A stretch of DNA of 60,304 nt, taken from NCBI GenBank assembly GCA_039208735.1, contig JBCCQY010000048.1, positions 1-60,304 of the forward strand, read 5' to 3'. The DNA is from Myxococcota bacterium. Lineage in GTDB: Bacteria > Myxococcota_A > UBA796 > GCA-2862545. A program made the position numbers and the translations under genes. Below, piece by piece: positions 56,812-60,304 of the stretch (position 1 is its first letter; each line of letters starts with the position of its first letter). The notes beneath the pieces are model-generated. The model was not told where the DNA came from, did not search any database, and saw nothing but the letters and a program-made list of their open reading frames with translations.

Positions 56812-58025
56812 GGGGCGTAGAGTTTCTGCAGTTCGAAGTAGGCAGAACGGGGATTCCGGTCGATGTCAACGATGCCCCACCACTCTTCATTGAAGGTGGC
56901 GTCGGGGTGCGGGCCTCCGCCGGGCGCAATGCCGCCTGTATCGTGGACGGCAGGGTCACCGTTGACGTCCTTCCACCACTCGTCCGCCCACTCGAAGATC
57001 GTTCCGCCCGACACCACGCCACCCGATAGCGTGGATTGCGCCAAGATAAGGCCCGTAAGGGCGGCCGTGGCTTCGGCCTGGGCCGCTTCATTCTCCTGAT
57101 TCTGGGTCGCATCCCATGCATCTGCACCGTATTCGCCAAGGAACATGGGTTTGGTGCTGATGGCGGCCCAGTCGGTAAACAGCGACCCAAACCCGATGCC
57201 GCGGTACGCGTTGATGCCCCAGATGTCGACGCTGGGAATGGCCGACAAGACGTCGGACGGAGGCAGTTCGCCGTAGATGGTGATGACAGGCTTGTCGTCG
57301 AGCGTTTGAAGTCGTGCGGCGACCGCTTCAACCCGGTCTCGGGCTTCCTCGAAGGACAACGACGAATAGATGCCGTTGTAGTTCCATTCGTTGCCCACGA
57401 CCCACCCGAGGACTGCGGGATGGTCCTGGACTGCGGCGACCAGACCGTCGACCGATTCCACGGGGGCAAACCCATTGGGGTACACCGTATTCATCACGTA
57501 GATGCGGTTTGCGTAGAGGGTATCGAGCACCGCACGGTCGGTGATGGGCTCGTAGGTTCGCACCACATTGAGGCCCGCTTTCGCCATGAGTGGGGCGTCG
57601 AGATTGACGAATCCGGCAAAATCCAGATCGGCAGGATGAACATCGCCGCGGGCGACGGGATTCCAACATACGCCGCGGACCAAGAAGGGAGTTCCGTTGA
57701 CCTCAATGGTGCGTCCCGACACGGTTACCGCCGTCGCGGCGGGCAAGGGGGTGCCGGTGTCTATCGATCCGGTGGTGCCCGTAGGGCCAGTGGTGATGGG
57801 CGGGGTCGAAGGGAGAGGGGCCGCAATGTCGCCCTCGCGACCCGTCTCGGTGCTCGGCGGTAGGGACGATGTGCAGGCGACGAGAAAGCCGATCATCGGC
57901 AAACGAAGGGTGCGCGAAATCAGAACGGCCGCGGGCGAAGGTTGCGCGAGTCTGATCACTTCTTTGCCTCCCCGATGACCTTGTCGTCCGCAGGCCATGA
58001 ACCCCAACCCGATGAGCCAACCCAC
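56808..58025 (-). CDS. Clan GH-A glycoside hydrolase lipoprotein (GH2-TIM-barrel-like)
   Basis: GLNVVRTY, VGNEWN (acid/base), LGEYG (nucleophile) and FEWADEWWK. An alternative start lies at 57896. Confidence 0.85.
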   Translation of the reverse strand: MGWLIGLGFMACGRQGHRGGKEVIRLAQPSPAAVLISRTLRLPMIGFLVACTSSLPPSTETGREGDIAAPLPSTPPITTGPTGTTGSIDTGTPLPAATAVTVSGRTIEVNGTPFLVRGVCWNPVARGDVHPADLDFAGFVNLDAPLMAKAGLNVVRTYEPITDRAVLDTLYANRIYVMNTVYPNGFAPVESVDGLVAAVQDHPAVLGWVVGNEWNYNGIYSSLSFEEARDRVEAVAARLQTLDDKPVITIYGELPPSDVLSAIPSVDIWGINAYRGIGFGSLFTDWAAISTKPMFLGEYGADAWDATQNQENEAAQAEATAALTGLILAQSTLSGGVVSGGTIFEWADEWWKDVNGDPAVHDTGGIAPGGGPHPDATFNEEWWGIVDIDRNPRSAYFELQKLYAP

Positions 58026-58061
58026 ATCTTCCTCCTGGTCGAACGGGCATTAACGTTTGCG

Positions 58062-58502
58062 TCAACCCGCTTCCATGACCGCCGTTCGCAGCCCGTCGAG
58101 CCACGCGTTTGACATCGTAGACACGGTCTGGCGCGGGTAGAGCGAGGCGACCGGCCACCACTTGCTCTCGAACGTCTTTTCGTCCACGACCTCGGTACCG
58201 CCGTCGATGGGACGAAGTTGGAACGCACGGGTCCCCCGAACGCCCCACCACTTCGTCGAGGTCCATTGAAGCCGCTGGGGCGGTTCCACGATCTGCAGCT
58301 CGACGTCGAAGGTGACGGGAATCCCCGGGCCCATGCCGAGCACATAGGCCACCCGGCCGCCCGTCGTGAGTTCCGCGAAATGGGTGATGCGTCGCACGGG
58401 AGGACACCACAACGGCCACCGAGGCACATCGGCGAGCACCGCCCATACCGCCTCGGGCGAGGCCGGTACGTTGACCGACGAGCGGAGAACGAGGGGCTCC
58501 AC
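58062..58502 (-). CDS. SRPBCC (polyketide cyclase/dehydrase) family protein
   Basis: SVNVPASPEAVWAVLADVPRWPLW...GTEV. Confidence 0.85.
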   Translation of the reverse strand: MEPLVLRSSVNVPASPEAVWAVLADVPRWPLWCPPVRRITHFAELTTGGRVAYVLGMGPGIPVTFDVELQIVEPPQRLQWTSTKWWGVRGTRAFQLRPIDGGTEVVDEKTFESKWWPVASLYPRQTVSTMSNAWLDGLRTAVMEAG

Positions 58503-58505
58503 GGT

Positions 58506-60077
58506 TTACTCCAGGGTGAGCATAGGGAGTTCGACGAGGCGGGAGCCGCTAATGCGGTGGTAGGTCGTCGACGGGGCGCGAGCCGTCGATTCGCACGAGG
58601 TGGACCCTGGTTCCTGCACAAAGAGGTCGTTGCCCGGAAGCGGGGCGAGCACGTCGTAGGTGTCGATCAAGACAGCGGCGTTGCCCGCACGTTCGGCACC
58701 ACAGACCCGCTCGCTGACGATGGCGAATTGGTCTGGCAGCTCGTCCGTGGCAGGGACAAGCGGATCCGTGCACGTATTATCGGCGAAGTACCTTGCGGTT
58801 TGGTCGCCCGCGAACACCGTTCTTGTCTCGGCGAGGCAGCGTGGGGTGCCATCGGCGGCGGCAATAGCGGTGCACGGGCCGTCGCTTCCTTCAAACGGCC
58901 CATCGCCGCTGCGGCCGGCCCGGCCCTCGCTAAACCCGGGTGCAACCCGAAGCCCGAAGGCGTCGACGAAGTAGCGGAAGCGGATCTGCGGCTCTTCGAT
59001 GACCTCGAGGCTCAATTTAGGAAGCGCCTGGTCGGTAGCCTGGTTTGCGACCTGTCGAAACGCCCACGGGGTGTCCGACGTGGCGAGGGGAACGCAGGCT
59101 CCGTACCGGTTGTCGTACACCGTTGAGCCCACAGCCCGTTGGTTGAGTCGGTACAGCCGGGGGGCGTCGGTGGCGGTGGAAAATTCGAGGGCGAAGCGTA
59201 GAGGGTCCGTCGCACATTCGTCTTCGACCGTGTAGGCGAGGGGTTGGTCGCGGCAACTCGGCTCTTGCCACCACCAGTCAAGGCCGGGCCCCAGGCCTAA
59301 GAGGGCGGTGCGTTCGGGCACGCAGCGCGGTCCGAGTTCGTCGAGGTAGCGCGGACGGCAGCGACCATCGCGTACCGTAAACACCTCGGTGCGCAGTTGG
59401 GCGCCATCCGTAGCCACCAAGCGCCGCACCCCGATGCCTTGGGTCGACACGACTTCTTCGATGCGCGCACTCACAAACGTCTCGGGGGCCACCACCTTGC
59501 CCTCGCGGACGGCCACTTCAGCCGTGGGTCCCTCGGGGCGAGGCCTACAGCCTTGGTCGGGGTCGTCCAGGAAGAGGGCCGGCAACGGGTCGATCCGCTC
59601 CGCTTGGCGCACCTCGAACTCGGTGAGAATGGGGTCACAGGCATCGTCTCGGTCTGCGGGGCGCTCGATCAGCAGGTGGTCGGAGTCGCCGCAGGCTCGG
59701 ACGGAAACGCGATCCGTGCATTCGGAATCGGTGAAGGCTTGGGCGGTGACTTCTGCGTCAGGCTGCGGCAGGCAGCGCAGTTCGCCGTCCGTGGCCGGAC
59801 GAAAGGAGCAGGGGATGCCGAGCTTGCGGTCGGTGAAGTGCGAAAAGACGCGATGCGTGGAGCCTTTCAGCCCAAACGACCGTGCGACGAGTCGGGTTCC
59901 GCTTGCGAAACGAGGGCCGAGTGCATCGCCAGAGTCCCCGGTGGTGGGTGCGGTGTAGCCACTGTCCGTTTTGGGCAGTGCAGAGCCCGTGTCCTCGGGG
60001 AGAACGGTCGGTTCGGTCACCGGGTCGGGATCGCTTGGGCAACCGAGCAGCAGGGCACCCATCCAGATGGTCGACAT
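58506..60077 (-). CDS. Cys-rich repeat lipoprotein of unknown function
   Basis: AGGAGG RBS and lipobox LLG-C. Three C...(DG)..RC(L/V)x modules. Confidence 0.78.
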   Translation of the reverse strand: MSTIWMGALLLGCPSDPDPVTEPTVLPEDTGSALPKTDSGYTAPTTGDSGDALGPRFASGTRLVARSFGLKGSTHRVFSHFTDRKLGIPCSFRPATDGELRCLPQPDAEVTAQAFTDSECTDRVSVRACGDSDHLLIERPADRDDACDPILTEFEVRQAERIDPLPALFLDDPDQGCRPRPEGPTAEVAVREGKVVAPETFVSARIEEVVSTQGIGVRRLVATDGAQLRTEVFTVRDGRCRPRYLDELGPRCVPERTALLGLGPGLDWWWQEPSCRDQPLAYTVEDECATDPLRFALEFSTATDAPRLYRLNQRAVGSTVYDNRYGACVPLATSDTPWAFRQVANQATDQALPKLSLEVIEEPQIRFRYFVDAFGLRVAPGFSEGRAGRSGDGPFEGSDGPCTAIAAADGTPRCLAETRTVFAGDQTARYFADNTCTDPLVPATDELPDQFAIVSERVCGAERAGNAAVLIDTYDVLAPLPGNDLFVQEPGSTSCESTARAPSTTYHRISGSRLVELPMLTLE

Positions 60078-60109
60078 CGGGCTCCTCCTGCGTGCAGGCT
60101 ACCTTGCCC

Positions 60110-60304
60110 TCAACGCGTCTGCCGGACGTCGTTGATCCACGGCAGAAACACGACAGGAGCGTCCAGCAAGACCGCCGGGCCGTAGGTGAAGCCCACCTGG
60201 TAATCGAAGGTCGCGCCCAACAGCTCATCCACGGGAACGAGGCAGCGACCGTCTGGGTCGACCCGGCTCTGCGCATACCGGTCGACGGGCTCCTCTGCAT
60301 CGGC
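60110..60304 (-). CDS. C-terminal fragment of a gene running off the window edge
   Basis: Open frame ADAEEPVDRYAQSRVDPDGRCLVPV...VRQTR*, stop at 60110-60112. It is absent from the ORF track as such. Confidence 0.55.
   Translation of the reverse strand, partial: ADAEEPVDRYAQSRVDPDGRCLVPVDELLGATFDYQVGFTYGPAVLLDAPVVFLPWINDVRQTR

Noticed and set aside
1..60304. Many long overlapping or antisense ORFs (e.g. 4513-5985 -, 11067-12530 -, 16261-17724 -, 26038-27387 -, 31336-32568 +)
   Set aside because: They are shadow frames of high-GC genes. They have no motifs and lie opposite well-supported CDS.
1..60304. CRISPR array, tRNA, rRNA, IS or prophage
   Set aside because: I saw no spacer-separated repeats, RNA gene signatures, transposase, integrase or phage genes. 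The repeats at 21.7-22.2, 44.6-45.6 and 55.3-56.3 kb are protein-coding TSP3 and MopE-type repeats.

Overview
High-GC (roughly two-thirds G+C by eye) bacterial DNA, densely coding with about 47 CDS. The origin is most likely Myxococcota/deltaproteobacterial, inferred from three MYXO-CTERM-like C-termini, many lipoproteins, TSP3, FG-GAP and MopE-type repeat proteins, and Ser/Thr kinase plus sigma-54 activator pairs. I saw no rRNA, tRNA, CRISPR array or transposase. Main observations: (1) A cassette at about 29.8-38.9 kb holds an FHA-domain enhancer-binding protein whose GAFTGA loop is replaced by GYPNPGMP, plus a Ser/Thr kinase. Two well-formed sigma-54 promoters in the cassette share a 15-bp upstream motif at exactly the same 97-bp spacing. 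They precede a Tat DUF1501-like / di-heme lipoprotein operon and an unknown secreted protein. (2) A Tes/GDGT-MAS-like radical SAM enzyme is translationally coupled to a Cys-pair-flanked methyltransferase. (3) An ACP has Arg in place of the phosphopantetheine Ser. (4) Very short signal peptides without a basic n-region recur across the window. All family assignments come from motif recognition by eye, not database searches. Many starts were re-chosen from RBS and overlap evidence.
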